A stretch of 64,000 nucleotides of DNA. Source: Vairimorpha necatrix. Taxonomy: Eukaryota. Position numbers and translations under genes: made by a program. This document shows, one piece after another, positions 62,943 to 64,000 of this stretch. The notes beneath the pieces were generated by a model, which had not been told where the DNA came from, ran no database searches, and saw only the letters and a list, made by a program, of their open reading frames with translations. Location of the stretch: contig CP142728.1 of NCBI GenBank assembly GCA_036630325.1, positions 744,001 to 808,000 on the forward strand, written 5' to 3'. Position 1 is the stretch's first letter. The number at the start of each line of letters is the position of its first letter.

Positions 62943-63720
62943 TATGGCGCGCGAGCGTTTATTCCTTAGGATTCCTGCCTTGTTCAAGCATTGTCCCTTG
63001 AGTTTCCTTACGGAAGGCCCTGTCTGAATCATATCTCATTTAGATTAATTAACACTCCAAACTGGATTCGAATTTACGACTCGTACGAAAACTCGTTAGT
63101 ATACAACCAGAACATTAATTTTCTAATATATAAAATTTTTCAAAAAGAAAATATTGGCATAATACCATTTTGGCCAAAATAAATATTCCTATATAAAATT
63201 ATTCTTTCTCTCAGAAAAACTGTTAAACACGAAAAAAAACATGCATTTTACAAGACAAAGATAATAAAGTTGTTTTAGAAAAGTAAAAAAAAACAGTAAA
63301 AACAAAAGGCCGCTAATTTATTTCTTGTAGATGAAGCACTATATTTAAGGTATGAGACATATGAAAACCACCTACCGGTTTTTATAGTAAAAATCTTGAA
63401 GCCATCGAAGTCAAATGTTGAGCTTTCACTAGCCTCGTCACAAAGGCGTTAACAGATTTAAGTCATCATGCAATAAGGTTTTCTCTGAAAATCCCTAGGG
63501 ACAATATTGTAAAAGTTCTTTCCGAATGCATCATATTATACAATTGCAACTGTAAACAATAATAGCCAAGTCTATATTACGGCCTCTAAACCGATGAAGC
63601 TATTATGATCGATTTAATCGCCATTACGCGCTATAAAAAGTTTATCAATGAGAATTGTTGGATTTTAACATTAGAAATGTGTATTCTAAGTTTGACTGAA
63701 CCTTTCTAAAAAAAATAAAA
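62943..63720 (+). mobile_element. Truncated, diverged second copy of the Ginger2-like element
   Basis: Starts TATGGCGCGCGAGCGTT, keeps one subterminal unit, and shows LYLR.E...NHL, HKGVNRF, IPRD.I.K..SEC and ITASKPM relics. Right boundary approximate. Confidence 0.85.
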
Positions 63721-64000
63721 CGGGAGGATAGGTTATAGAAAACATACTATTTATTTTACAATATAACTGGTCTCTCCAAGATTCTTTAAAGCAATTTTGA
63801 ATAAAAAATCTATAATTCACTTATAAATAAACCTTTTGCAGACTTTTTTATTGATCAAAAACATAGTGTGCCCAATCACTCACAATCAAATTGGTAAATA
63901 GAAAGATTTAACCAACATTAATTAGTACTACTTAAGTACATGTTTTTATAGAAGGGTTGCTTGCCCTTGACAATTCTAGAACAGAAAATGAAAATGAATG

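Overview
AT-rich eukaryotic DNA, most likely microsporidian. This is inferred from short intronless genes with a CCC/GGG motif just before the ATG and from the transposon mix. Only three probable host genes are visible: a glutaredoxin-like gene and two hypothetical proteins. The rest is nested transposable elements: four structurally complete Ty3/gypsy-type LTR elements with exact 5-bp TSDs, older gypsy relics and solo LTRs, a SPIN/Buster-like hAT, several Merlin (ISXO2/IS1016-like) elements, a Ginger2-like integrase-only transposon, a pogo remnant, a Mutator-like MITE, and two non-LTR lineages. The lead candidate for an undescribed system is two divergent LTR elements (27639-31754 and 50970-55066) with no tRNA primer-binding site. 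Both carry the same palindrome, TTGAATTCAA, exactly 2 nt after the 5' LTR, start gag inside the LTR, and have hairpin-rich LTRs, which suggests tRNA-independent priming. Family assignments rest on motif recognition by eye; no searches were run.
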